Assembly: GCA_963805975.1 (NCBI GenBank)
Contig: CAWDVR010000001.1
Span: 608,001-672,000 of the forward strand
Source: an uncultured Acidobacteriota bacterium
GTDB taxonomy: Bacteria > Acidobacteriota > Thermoanaerobaculia > Multivoradales > SZUA-115
Reading direction: 5' to 3'
Length of the DNA: 64,000 nt
The notes under the pieces were generated by a model. That model made no database searches. It saw nothing but the letters and a program-made list of their open reading frames with translations, and had not been told where the DNA came from. Every line of letters begins with the position of its first letter. The stretch's first letter is position 1. Positions 9,844-20,155 of this stretch are shown here, piece after piece. The position numbers and the translations under genes are program-made.

Positions 9844-10694
9844 GCATGGAACCCAAGCCCTCTCCGAGCGAGGTCCGTGCCGCGGTGTGGAAGGCGGAGA
9901 GCGGAGAGGTCCGCGAGACCGAGGACACCCTCACGGTCGAGGAGCCGCTCGAGATCCGGCTCTCGGCAGGTGGCCGGGAGAAGACCGTCGCCGTCACCAT
10001 GCGCACGCCGGGCGCGGACGAGGAGCTGGCCCTGGGCTTCCTCTACGGCGAAGGCGTGATCCGCGAGCGCCGCGAGGTGCTGCGGGTGGAGACGCTGGCC
10101 GATCCCTGGGCGGCGCCGGGGCAGCCCTCGAACGTGCTGGCCGTGGAGCTGGCGGCGGCCGAGCTGCCCGAGCTCGCGGCGCTCGAGCGCCATTTCTTCG
10201 CTTCGAGCGCCTGCGGCGTGTGCGGCAAGGCGGGGATCGCCAACCTGCGCCAGAAGCTGCCGCGGCTCGAGCAGCAGGGGCCCAGGGTGAGCGCCGCCGT
10301 GCTCTGGTCGCTGCCGGGCCGCCTGCGCGCCGCGCAGGGCGTGTTCGAATCCACGGGTGGGCTCCATGCCGCGGCCCTCTTCACGGCCGAGGGCGAGCTG
10401 GTCGCGGCGCGCGAAGACGTGGGCCGTCACAACGCCACGGACAAGCTCGTGGGCTGGGCGCTCGGCCAGGGCCGGCTGCCGCTCGCGTCTGGGGTCGTCC
10501 TGGTGAGCGGCCGGTCGAGCTTCGAGATCGTGCAGAAGTGCGCCGCCGCCGGCGTGCCCGTGGTGGCCTCGGTCTCCGCCCCCAGCAGCCTCGCCGTGGC
10601 GCTGGCCGAAGAGCTGGGCATCACCCTGGTCGGCTTCCTGCGCGGCGAGCGTTTCAACGTCTACAGCGGCAGGGAGAGGATCGCCTTCGGCTGA
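9840..10694 (+). CDS. fdhD: Formate dehydrogenase accessory sulfurtransferase FdhD
   Basis: ATGA overlap with the DMT stop; VEEPLEI, TMRTPG, SACGVCG, TGGLHAAAL, REDVGRHNATDK, SAPSSLAV. Confidence 0.95.
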   Translation: MSMEPKPSPSEVRAAVWKAESGEVRETEDTLTVEEPLEIRLSAGGREKTVAVTMRTPGADEELALGFLYGEGVIRERREVLRVETLADPWAAPGQPSNVLAVELAAAELPELAALERHFFASSACGVCGKAGIANLRQKLPRLEQQGPRVSAAVLWSLPGRLRAAQGVFESTGGLHAAALFTAEGELVAAREDVGRHNATDKLVGWALGQGRLPLASGVVLVSGRSSFEIVQKCAAAGVPVVASVSAPSSLAVALAEELGITLVGFLRGERFNVYSGRERIAFG

Positions 10695-10745
10695 GGCGCT
10701 CCCAGGCTTGCGCCCCGGCCCTCTTCGGCGATAGCGTCCCGCCCC

Positions 10746-11486
10746 ATGCTCGAGCTTCTCTCCTCCCCGGACACCTGGATCGCCTTTCTGACCCTGGCGG
10801 CGCTCGAGATCGTTCTCGGCATCGACAACATCGTCTTCATCACCATCCTGGCCGGGAAGCTGCCGAAGGACAAGCAGATCAAGGCGCGGCGCCTGGGCCT
10901 CGCGGTGGCGCTCCTCTCGCGCCTGGGCCTCCTGGCGACGCTCTCCTGGATGGTTGGCCTGACCAAGCCGCTGTTCGCGGTGCTCGGTCACGAGGTGTCG
11001 GGCCGCGATTTGATCCTGCTGGTGGGCGGGCTCTTCCTGCTCGCCAAGGCCACGCTCGAGATCTACGACAAGGTGGAGGCCGCGCACCCCACGGAAGACC
11101 AGATGCGCTCGGCCAAGGCGGTGTCCATGGCCTCGATCCTCGCCCAGATCATGTTCCTCGACATCGTCTTCTCGCTCGACTCGGTGATCACCGCCGTGGG
11201 CATGGTGAACAACCTGTGGATCATGTCCGCCGCGGTGGTGGCGGCGGTGGCGGTGATGATGATCTTCGCCCGCCCGGTGGGCGACTTCGTGGACCGCCAT
11301 CCCTCGATCAAGATCCTCGCCCTCTCGTTCCTGGTGATGATCGGCGTGCTGCTGGTGGCCGAGGGCATGGGCCGCCATGTGGAGAAGGGCTATATCTACT
11401 TCGGCATGGCCTTCTCGCTCCTCATCGAGCTGCTCAACATGCGCTACCGGGCACGCAGCGCACGGCTCGACAAGGCAGCTCACTAG
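10746..11486 (+). CDS. TerC family integral membrane protein
   Basis: LEIVLGIDNIVFI, GGLFLLAKAT, DIVFSLDSVITAVG, KGYIYFGMAFS. Confidence 0.95.
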   Translation: MLELLSSPDTWIAFLTLAALEIVLGIDNIVFITILAGKLPKDKQIKARRLGLAVALLSRLGLLATLSWMVGLTKPLFAVLGHEVSGRDLILLVGGLFLLAKATLEIYDKVEAAHPTEDQMRSAKAVSMASILAQIMFLDIVFSLDSVITAVGMVNNLWIMSAAVVAAVAVMMIFARPVGDFVDRHPSIKILALSFLVMIGVLLVAEGMGRHVEKGYIYFGMAFSLLIELLNMRYRARSARLDKAAH

Positions 11487-11511
11487 AACCCGAGACTTTC
11501 AGGCGGCGAGG

Positions 11512-14500
11512 TCAGCCGTCCGTGGCCTGGGCGCGCAGCAGCGCCGCCAACCGTTCCCGCGCCCCGGCCGGCCCGCCGGGCGGCAGATCCTCCAGCACGG
11601 CCAGCGCCTCGGCGGCGATCGCCTGGCGGCGAGCCCGGTCCGGCAGCGTGGCGCGGCTGACCTCGTCCAGCGAGGCGAGGGCGGTGGCCGCGTCGCCCGC
11701 CTGGGCTCCCAGCCGCGCGCGGAGCAGCAGATCGGCGGCCGAGGCACTGGTGGCGAGGAGAGGGTCGAGCAGCCGCACCGCCTCGCTCGCCGCCACCGGC
11801 TCGCCGCCCGCGAGGCGCCAGGCGATGCGGAGGCGCGTGGCGGCGTTGTAGAGCGGGTGCCGGGGCGGGACCGCGGCGAGGGCCCCTTCGAGCGCCGCGA
11901 GCTCACCTTCTGCGCGCCCGTCGGCCCGCGGGTCGGCGAGGCGCCAGCCGGCGAGAACGGCGCTGGCGGCGGCGTCGCTCTCCGCCCAGGCGCGGAGCTC
12001 CGCCGGCCCGCGTTCCTCGGCCATCGCCGGGCGCAGGGCGAGGAGCAAGGCGGAACGCACCTCCTCCGAGGGCTCGGCCACGAGCGCCGGGTCCGCCGCG
12101 CGGCGGCGCCCTCCCGCGAGGTCCAAGAGGAGAAACGCGGCATGCCGCTCGGACGCCGAGGACAGGGCCGCCGCGGCGCGCAGCGCCCGAGCGGGCTGCC
12201 GCTGGCGGATGAGCCAGCGCACCACGTAGGTGCCGTCCGCGCCCGGCGGCAGGCGCCGGATGGAGTCGAAGGGGGCGATCAGGCGGTCGAGACCCGCGCG
12301 GCCGATGGGGTTCGAAAGGGCGCGGGGCGAGCGCGTCTGCAGCAGGTTCCGGCGGTCGCTGTTGAGCTCCGCACCGGCGGCGAGCTCGCGCGAGCCGGAG
12401 CCGTCGAGCACCCGGGCGAGGAGCAGATCCTCGGCGGTCTCGACCCCCACCAGGCGCCACGCCTCGGCCGAGGCCGCGGCGAGAAACGGCGCGCCGCCCC
12501 GCCCGAGCGGCTGGCCGGAGGCCACGAAGAGCACCGCTCCCCACGGGTACGGCTGGTAGACCTCGACGTGGGGAAAGGCCTCCGAGAGCGTCGCGACGAG
12601 GCTCCGGAGCAGGGGCGCGTCCACGAAGTCGAGCCCGATCCACTGCACGAAGACGCCGCCGGCAGCCAGATGCTCGCGGGCGAGCTCGAAGAACTCGCGG
12701 GTGAAGAGGTGCGAGGAGCCGCTGGTCCAGGGATGCGAGGGCTGCGACACGATGGCGTCGAAGCGCTGGCGCGAGAGGGTGAGCACGCTCCGCACGTCGC
12801 CCACGTGCAGCGACAGCCGCGGGTCGGCGAGCGGGTCGCGGCGCCGCTCCCCGGCGAGATGCCGGTTGGCGGCGATCATCTCGGGCTCGAGCTCCACCAC
12901 GTGGACCTGCTCCACGGACGAGGGCAGATCCTCGATCGAGTGGCCGGCCCCGAGCCCCACCACCAGCAATTTGCCGACGTTCTCCCGCACCGCGCCCGGC
13001 AGCAGCGTCAGCCAGCGGGCCACGGCGTAGCGGCCGGGGCGCGCGCCGGGCGGCTGCACCGCCGACTCCGGAAGCCCATTGCCGGTGAGGCGCCATTCGG
13101 CGCCGTCCTCGTGCAGCAGCACGGTGGCGCCCCGGCCCACGCCGTAGAACATCACTTCACCGAAGCCGGAGGTTGCCGAGGCTTCCGCGTCCACGGGCCC
13201 CTCTTCGACCGCCGCCGGTGTCTCGCGAGGTGGCCGGCGGGCGGTGTCCGCCGCCGGGCCGGCGAGCAGGATGGCGAGGGGCGAGGAGCGCAGCACGTTC
13301 CAGGGCGTGGGAGGCCGCACGAAGGCGAGGGCGGCGAGGCCCACGGCCGCCGCCACCAGGGCCCAGTCGAGCCGCGGGCGCTCGGCGAGAGCGACCACCG
13401 CGGCGAGCGCCAGGCTCACCGTCGCCGCCAGCGCCATGGCGCCGGCAAAGCCCAGGCCGGGCAGCAGCCAGAGGCCGGTCGCGACCGTGCCGGCCACGGC
13501 GCCGATCGTGTTCCAGGCTAGCGTCCGGCCGGCCGCGGTCGAGGCCTGGCGGGCGTCCCCGGCGAGCACGCGGACGGCGAGCGGGAAGGTCGCGCCCAGG
13601 CAGAGGGCGCCGGGCAGGATCAGGAGGCCGCCCAGGATCGCCGTCGCCGCCAGCCGGCTGTGCCCCGCGGCGGCGAGATCCGCGCCCCACGTCGGCACCC
13701 GGTCCGCGGCGGCGAAGGCGGCGAGCGACAGGAGCGCCGCGCCGAGCTGCGCCACCGCCAGCCCGAGGCGGGCTCGCTCGCGGCTCTTCGCCAGGCCGGC
13801 GGCGATCGACGCCCCCAGGGCGATGGCCACCAGGAACGCCGCCAGCATGGTGCCCAGGGCGTAGACGCTGCCGCCCACCAAGTGGGTGAGAAGCCGGCTC
13901 CAGACGATCTCGCAGCCCAGCGCCACCGCGCCAGAGAGCGCGGCCACCGCGAGCGGCCAGAACGGCCCGCGCTCACGGGTCGTGGGCGTGGCCCCGGCGC
14001 TCTCCTCGGGCGCCAGGCGGGGCGAGGCGGCCCCGAGCCCTGCCGCGAGGAGAGCTACGCAGACGTTGAGCCCCACGCCGGCCAGCGTGGCGCGGCCGAG
14101 CCCCAGCGTGGGGAGCAGCAGGAAGGCGGTTCCCACGGCCCCCGCCGCCGCGCCGAGCGTGTTGGCGGCGTAGAGCGTGCCCACGCGGGTGCCGATCGCC
14201 TCCTCGCGCCGTACCGCGTGCCGCACCAGGAGCGGCAAGGTGACTCCCATCAGAGCGGTGGGGACGAGGAGGATCAGGAACGAGGAGGCGAGCTGGAACA
14301 GCGTCGAAACGGCGAGCCCACCGTCCGCGCCGTACACCCCGTCGGTGGCCAGCAGCAGCACCTCGAGGCGGCCTGGCCGCGGCGATGAGCGAGGGCACGG
14401 CGAGCGCCAGCAGGCCGATGGCGAGCTCGATCACGGCATAGGCGAGAAGCGGCCGGGTACTACGGCGCGCCCAGCGCGCACCGGCCGCGGCACCCGCCGC

Positions 14501-14656
14501 GAGCCCGGTCATGTACGCGGCGAGGACCGAGACCAGCGCCAGCTCCGAGGCGCCGAACACGAGCGCCAGCTCTTCCATCCACACCGTCTCGAACACCAGC
14601 GCCGAAGTGCCGGAGAGCACGAAGCAGGCGAGGAGGAGCAGGAAGCGGAGGTCCAT
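11512..14656 (-). CDS. Fused multi-TM (MFS-like)/spermidine-synthase-like protein; one frameshift near 14372
   Basis: N-terminal FVLSGTSALVFETVW in one frame continues as PTALMGVTLP/LYAANTLG in another; methyltransferase-fold motifs LVVGLGAG, VELEP, GDVR, FDAIVSQPSHPW. Confidence 0.8.
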
Positions 14657-14664
14657 GGCCGGGC

Positions 14665-16482
14665 TCAGGAGCCCGCGGCCAAGCCCAGCCGGGCGACGAC
14701 CGCCTCCCTCCGGAAGCGGAAATCCGCGCCGGCGAGGATCTCGTCGACGACCTGGCGGTAGAGCTGCTGCTGGTGGCGCTCGAGGTAGTCTTTTTTCACC
14801 GGCTCCGCCACCTCCTCGTAGGGCCGTTCGCGAGGCTCCTCGCGCTCGGCGACCTGGATCAGCGAGAGCTGGCGGTTGAACTGGAAGGGGATGGTGTAGC
14901 CCGTGCCCGTCATGTCCAGGAGGTAGAAGCGGACCTTGGGCTCGAACGAGGCGAGCGCGGCGGCAGGGGTCCAGCCCGGCTCGCGCACCGTGCCGCCGAT
15001 CGCGGCGGCCGCCTGCGCGAGGTCGGTCGAGCCGGCCTCGAGCTCCCGCCGCAGCTCTTCGAGCCGCGCCAGCCGGGCCGGCGGGTTGTCGCCGAGCGGC
15101 GCCGTGAGCACCGCCAGCTTCAGGCGCAGGGGAGTCTGGTAGAGGAAGCGGTTGTCCTCGTAGAAGCGCTGCCGCTCGGCCTCGGCGCTCTCGACCTCGA
15201 CCGTCATGCGGCGCTCGATCTCGTAGTCGAGCCAGCGCTCGCCGCCCAGCCGCCGCTCCAGGGCCTCGATCGCCGGCTTCCGACGCTCGTCGAAGCCCTC
15301 GCGCTCCGCCCGGAGGAAGAGCCGCTGGCGCAGCACCTGCGTGTCGTAGAAGCGTTCCATGTCGCGCTCCGGCTCGAGCGAGGGCGGGGCGTTGTGGCGC
15401 CGCTCGCCGAAGAGCTTGCGCAGCTCGGCGACGGTCAGCCGGTAGCCGCCCACCTCGAGCACCACCTCCTCGTCGCCCAGGGCCGGCGCGCGGCGCAGGG
15501 TCTCGGCGTCGAGCACCCGCGCCTCGACCGGCAGCGGCTCGTCGCCGGCCGCCTTGGCGAGCGCCTCACGGAGCTTCTCTTCGCGCAGCTCGCGGGTGAT
15601 GGCCAGCCGCACGTCCGCCAGCGGGAAGGTCTTCTCCGGGATCACGTCGGTGACCCGGAAGAGGAGAACTCCCTGGCGGCCCGAGACCGGGGCGCTGACC
15701 TCGCCGGGCCCGAGAGCGAACACGACCTTCTCGAGCTCCGGGGGCAGCTTGCCGGCGACCACCGCGCCGAGGCGCCCGCCCAGGAGCCGGGTCTCCGACT
15801 GCGAGTGCTGTCGCGCCAGGTCGGCGAAGCTGGCGCCGGCCGCGATCTGCTGCGCGAGCGCCTCGACGAAGGCCACCGTCTTCTCCGGGTGCGCGGCGTC
15901 TTCGTGGCGGCGGAAGATGTGCCAGACCTGGCGCTGGGAGGGTCGGTGGAAGCGCGCGCGGTGGTCCGCGTAGTAGGCCTCGATCTCCGGCTCGGAGACG
16001 GCCAGGTCGGGCCGCAGGTTCTCCTGCAGGTAGAGCTCGATCACGGCGTCGCGATAGACCGTGTCCCGATCCGGGCCCAGGGCATCGAGCGCGCGGTCCA
16101 CGTCCTCGGAGGCCGGCAGCAGGGCGCGCTGGACCACCCAGTCCTCGGCCGCGCGGCGGTAGGCGTCCACCAGCGCCTCGGGGTCCTTGGCCGGCTCGGC
16201 CGCGGTCGAGGCGCGCACCGCCGGCTCGACGGCCGCGAAGGTCACGGCCCCCACCTTGCTGGTTGCCACCACATCCGCGGGCGGCGTCTCCCGGTCCGGA
16301 GACGACCCGCCGCAGGCGGCGGCGAGCAGGGCTGCGACAGCGATGGCCGCCAAGGAACCGCGAGGCCGGAGCTGCCCGGAGATGCAAGGCATCCGGCCCC
16401 GCGGCGACGGAGGCGTAGTTTTCCTACGTCGAGGAGCCGAGGGGCCGGATAACGCAGCAGATTCGGGTAGCTCCGGCCTCAC
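14665..16482 (-). CDS. Parvulin-type peptidyl-prolyl isomerase (PrsA/SurA-like) lipoprotein; start uncertain
   Basis: Lipobox LLAAAC; EIEAYY...RQVWHIF; FADLARQHSQSETRLLGGRLG; GEVSAPV; second degenerate rotamase repeat. Confidence 0.75.
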   Translation of the reverse strand: MRPELPESAALSGPSAPRRRKTTPPSPRGRMPCISGQLRPRGSLAAIAVAALLAAACGGSSPDRETPPADVVATSKVGAVTFAAVEPAVRASTAAEPAKDPEALVDAYRRAAEDWVVQRALLPASEDVDRALDALGPDRDTVYRDAVIELYLQENLRPDLAVSEPEIEAYYADHRARFHRPSQRQVWHIFRRHEDAAHPEKTVAFVEALAQQIAAGASFADLARQHSQSETRLLGGRLGAVVAGKLPPELEKVVFALGPGEVSAPVSGRQGVLLFRVTDVIPEKTFPLADVRLAITRELREEKLREALAKAAGDEPLPVEARVLDAETLRRAPALGDEEVVLEVGGYRLTVAELRKLFGERRHNAPPSLEPERDMERFYDTQVLRQRLFLRAEREGFDERRKPAIEALERRLGGERWLDYEIERRMTVEVESAEAERQRFYEDNRFLYQTPLRLKLAVLTAPLGDNPPARLARLEELRRELEAGSTDLAQAAAAIGGTVREPGWTPAAALASFEPKVRFYLLDMTGTGYTIPFQFNRQLSLIQVAEREEPRERPYEEVAEPVKKDYLERHQQQLYRQVVDEILAGADFRFRREAVVARLGLAAGS

Positions 16483-18608
16483 GGCGGTCTCTCCATCATT
16501 TGGCGTGCCTCTGCCATCACCCGCGGATCACGGCAGCGGGCGGCGAGGGTCGAGTACACGGCCTCGGCTTCACCGCGCTCGCCGGCCGCGAGGTGCAGGG
16601 CCAGCAGCGCGAGGTGGGCCTTCCAGTAGTCGGGCGCGAGGTCGAGCGCGCGCCGGAGCTCGCTTCGTGCTTCCTCCTGCCGCGCGGTCTTGAGCAGCAG
16701 GGTGGCGAGGTTCAGGTGCGCGGAAGGGTCGAGCGGCGTATCGGCCGCCAGGCGCCGCAGATGCACCTCGGCCTCGGCAACACGGCCGGCCTCGGCGAGG
16801 AGAACGGCGAGGCGCTGGCGCGCCGCGTTGTGCTTCGGGTCGGCGGCGAGCGCCGCGGCCAGCTCACCCTCCTCGGCGGCGCGGTCGCCCAGCTCCCCGA
16901 GCATGGCGCCGAGCAGGAAGTGGGTCGGTGCCGAGGCCTGGGCCGCCGCCACTTTCTTTGCCAGGGCGAGCGCCCGCTGGTGATCGCCGTTCGAGAACAG
17001 GACCCGCGCCACCTCCATGTACACGTAGTCGTTCTGCGAGCTGATCGGCCCCGCGGCGGCCACCGCGGCGGCCTCCTCCGCCTGGCCGAGGCCGAGCTGC
17101 GCGGTGGCGAGGAGCGCGCGGTAGAAGGCGTTGCCCGGCTCCTCCTCGACCAGCCGCAGCGCCTGCTCGCGGGCCCCCAGGTAGTCCTGCCGCTGGAGGC
17201 TCTGCTTGCACAGGCTCCAGAGGCTCACGCTGGCGATGTGATCCTGCGGCGGATCGCCGTCGTCGCGGAGCTTCTCCTCGATCTGGATCGGCCCTTCGCC
17301 GCCGGCCGAGATGTAGCCCAGCGCGGCCAGCCGCTCGCGGGTCGCGGCATCGCTGTCCGCCAGCGCCTCGGAGGCCGTGGTGCTGGCGTTCTCGGTGACG
17401 AAGGCCTGCAGGCCGTTCTGCAGCCGCTCGGCCTCGGCGCCGGGTGCCAGGTTGGCCAGCTCCTGCGGGTCCTGGCGGACGTCGAAGAGCTCGCGGCGCG
17501 GGCCGTGGATGTACTTGTGCGGCCCCACGAAGAGCGCGCGGAGCTCCCCCCAGCCGTAGGACAGCCGGGGCGACAGGGTCTCGGCGTAGTAGGGCCGCTG
17601 GTCGGCCGGTGCCTGGGCAGGGTTGGCATCCGCGCGCCCGAGCTCGGCGACCAGCGAGCGCCCCTGCAGGTCCGCGGGCACCGGCAGTCCCAGGATCTCG
17701 AGCAGCGTGGGCATGAGGTCGACGGTGCCGACTCGGGACCGCACCCGCCGCCCACCCTTCTCGCCCGGGATGCGGAGGATGAAGGGCACGTGCAGCGTCG
17801 CGTTGTAGAGCAGCATGGAGTGGGTGTCCTCCTCGTGCTCGCCCCGCCCCTCGCCGTGGTCGGCGAGCATGGCGATCACCGTGCGGTCGTAGACGCCCTG
17901 CCGCTTCAGCTCGTCGAGCACCACGCCCAGGGCCTGGTCGGCATAGGCGATCTCCCCCTGGTAGAGGTCGTGCGGGTAGAGGTCGGAGAAGGGTGGCGGC
18001 GGAACGTGCGGCTGGTGCGGGTCCCAGTAGTGGACCCAGGCGAAGAAGCGCCGGCGGGCGTGGTCGCGCAGCCAGGGCAGGATGGCGTCGTTCACCCGCG
18101 CCGCGGGCCGTTCGTCGAAGAAGATGCCGGGACCCTGGCGCCGCCGGCCGCGTTCGTCCTCGGCCGCCACCGTGATGTGATCGTCGTAGAAGTCGAAGCC
18201 CTGGTCGAGGCCCCAGTCGCGGGTCAACGGGAAGGCGCCGATGGCGGCGCCCGTGGCGTAGCCCTCGGCTTTCAGGATCTCGGCCAGGGTGGTGCGCTCC
18301 GCGGGCAGGCGGAAGCGACCGTTGTCCCGCACGCCGTGCGCCAGCGGGTAGAGGCCGGTGAACATGGTGGAGTGCGACGGCGTGGTGATCGGCACCGGCG
18401 TCATGCAGTTCTCGAACAGGGCACCCTCCGCCGCCAGCCGGTCGAGGTTCGGGGTGCGTGCCGAGGTCTTGCCGTAGCAGCCGAGGAAGTCGGCGCGCGT
18501 GGTGTCGAAGGTCACCAACAGGAGATTGAGCTTCGGCTCCCGCCCGCAGGCCGCGAGGGCGAGGAGGGTGAGGATGCCAGGGCGCCGGCCTGCGCGGTGG
18601 ACTGTCAT
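16479..18608 (-). CDS. Sulfatase/alkaline-phosphatase-superfamily hydrolase with C-terminal TPRs (lipoprotein)
   Basis: LALAAC lipobox, NLLLVTFDTTRAD, TPNLDRLA, ITTPSHSTMFTG, HYWDPH, ADHGEG..EH, then TPR helices. Confidence 0.88.
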   Translation of the reverse strand: MTVHRAGRRPGILTLLALAACGREPKLNLLLVTFDTTRADFLGCYGKTSARTPNLDRLAAEGALFENCMTPVPITTPSHSTMFTGLYPLAHGVRDNGRFRLPAERTTLAEILKAEGYATGAAIGAFPLTRDWGLDQGFDFYDDHITVAAEDERGRRRQGPGIFFDERPAARVNDAILPWLRDHARRRFFAWVHYWDPHQPHVPPPPFSDLYPHDLYQGEIAYADQALGVVLDELKRQGVYDRTVIAMLADHGEGRGEHEEDTHSMLLYNATLHVPFILRIPGEKGGRRVRSRVGTVDLMPTLLEILGLPVPADLQGRSLVAELGRADANPAQAPADQRPYYAETLSPRLSYGWGELRALFVGPHKYIHGPRRELFDVRQDPQELANLAPGAEAERLQNGLQAFVTENASTTASEALADSDAATRERLAALGYISAGGEGPIQIEEKLRDDGDPPQDHIASVSLWSLCKQSLQRQDYLGAREQALRLVEEEPGNAFYRALLATAQLGLGQAEEAAAVAAAGPISSQNDYVYMEVARVLFSNGDHQRALALAKKVAAAQASAPTHFLLGAMLGELGDRAAEEGELAAALAADPKHNAARQRLAVLLAEAGRVAEAEVHLRRLAADTPLDPSAHLNLATLLLKTARQEEARSELRRALDLAPDYWKAHLALLALHLAAGERGEAEAVYSTLAARCRDPRVMAEARQMMERPP

Positions 18609-20067
18609 TCACTGGCGCTATCAGGCGGATCGCCTGCTCCTCGAGGATCTGCTGCCGGAGCTTGGCCCCGGCCTCGCGCCGCCGCCGGTCGAGAAGGGAG
18701 GCGCGCACGTAGGCCTTGGCCTCGGCCAGGGACAGCTTGCGCTCGGCTCGCTTCCCCACGAGCTCGAGGATCAGGAGGCTGCGCCCTTCCTGCACCACCG
18801 GGCTGAACCCGCCGGGCTCGATCGCGAGCACGGCGGCGTTGGCGTTCAGGCCCAGAGCCCACACCTCGTCGTCGGAGAGCCAGCCCAGGTCTTCCACCTG
18901 GGCGTGCGGGGCCAGGGCCGCGGCCGCCTTCCCGAGGTCGCCGCCGGCCTCTCGCAGCTCCCGGCCCTGCTCGCGCACCCGGTCGTAGAGCGAAGCGGGG
19001 AGGTCATTGCGGATGGGGACGCGGAGGCGGCGGAGGTGGCGGCTCCCGGGCTCGCTCCAGCCTTCCGGCCGGGCTTCGAAGGCAGCCCGGAGCTCGTCCT
19101 CCGAGGGCTCGCCGATCGAGGGCCGCGTGCTCTCGTTCGCCACCGCCTGGGCCTCGAGCTCCAGGTTCTTCCAGCGCAGCAGGAGCTGGTGGTCCGCCGA
19201 CTTCGTGAGGCCCAGCCGCTCGGCTTCGACGCTCGGTCCGCCCTTGCGCTCGACCTCCTCCCGGAGGGCCTGGAAGCGCTCGTTGCGAAGCTCGGTCGCG
19301 AGATCCTCCCGCGCTCCCTCGAAGCGGGGGGCCACCGGCTCGAGCACCTGCACGCAGCGCAAGATCGCGGCGCCCCGCGGCAGGTCGATCACCGGGCTGA
19401 TCTCACCTGGCTGCAGGGTGGCGACGGCTTTCGCGAGCGGATCGGCCAGCCGGTCGAGCGTGACGAAGCCCATGGCGCCACCCCGGAGCCGGGTCGAGGA
19501 CTCGGACTCGGCCTGTGCGACGGCCGCGAAGTCCGCGCCGGCGGCCAGCCGCGCCCGCACACCTTCGAGCGTCTTGCGTACCTCGCCCTTGGCCACGTCG
19601 TCCGCCCCCGGCGGGTACGCCTTGAAGATGTCCTCGAGGCGCCAGCGGCCGGGCTCGGCGAGGGCCGCCCGGCGTACTTCGAAGAGCCGATGCAGATCGG
19701 CCTCCGTGGGTTCGGCCTGGGTCAGCAGATGGAGGTTCAGGGCGCGTTGGGCGAGCTGCGCTTCGAGCCGGCGGCGCTGGCTCCCGGTTTCCTCACGCAC
19801 CGCCGCCGGCAGAGCCGCGAAGCGCCCGGCGAGGGTCTCGAGGATCACGATCTCCTCGACCTTGCGCCGCAGGCCCAGCCGCGAAGGAGCGCCGCTGTCG
19901 AGCTGCACGAAGCGCGACCAGGATTCGACCTCGGCCGCCGACACTTCGCCCCCGCGGTAGGTGGCCACCACGGTGTCGTCCGTCGGCGGCGCGGCAGAGG
20001 CGGGCCGCGGGACGGCCGGCGAGGCGAGGGTCAGGATCAGGGGGATCAGAGCCGCGGCAAGGGTCAT
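18605..20067 (-). CDS. Second exported parvulin-type PPIase/chaperone; 3' end blurred by an apparent indel near 18610
   Basis: ATG at 20067 with a signal peptide; VVATYRGGEV; FAAVAQAESESSTRLRGGAMG; PGEISPVI. The frame runs into the sulfatase with a TGA one base out of frame just before the sulfatase ATG. Confidence 0.7.
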
Positions 20068-20079
20068 CGAGGCGGGAAG

Positions 20080-20111
20080 CTTAAACGAACAAGGCACCCC
20101 GGAGGGTGCCT
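20080..20111 (-). terminator. Intrinsic terminator downstream of the PVELMSF protein gene
   Basis: Minus strand AGGCACCC-TCCG-GGGTGCCT stem-loop followed by TGTTCGTTT. Confidence 0.7.
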
Positions 20112-20155
20112 CGAATCACGAAACGGCCGGTGTGGCCGACCTGCTCTGCTTGGAG

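Noticed and set aside
16864-20097. 1077-aa PPIase ORF overlapping the sulfatase
   Set aside because: The C-terminal half is off-frame readthrough of the sulfatase gene, and the annotated GTG start lies inside a terminator hairpin.
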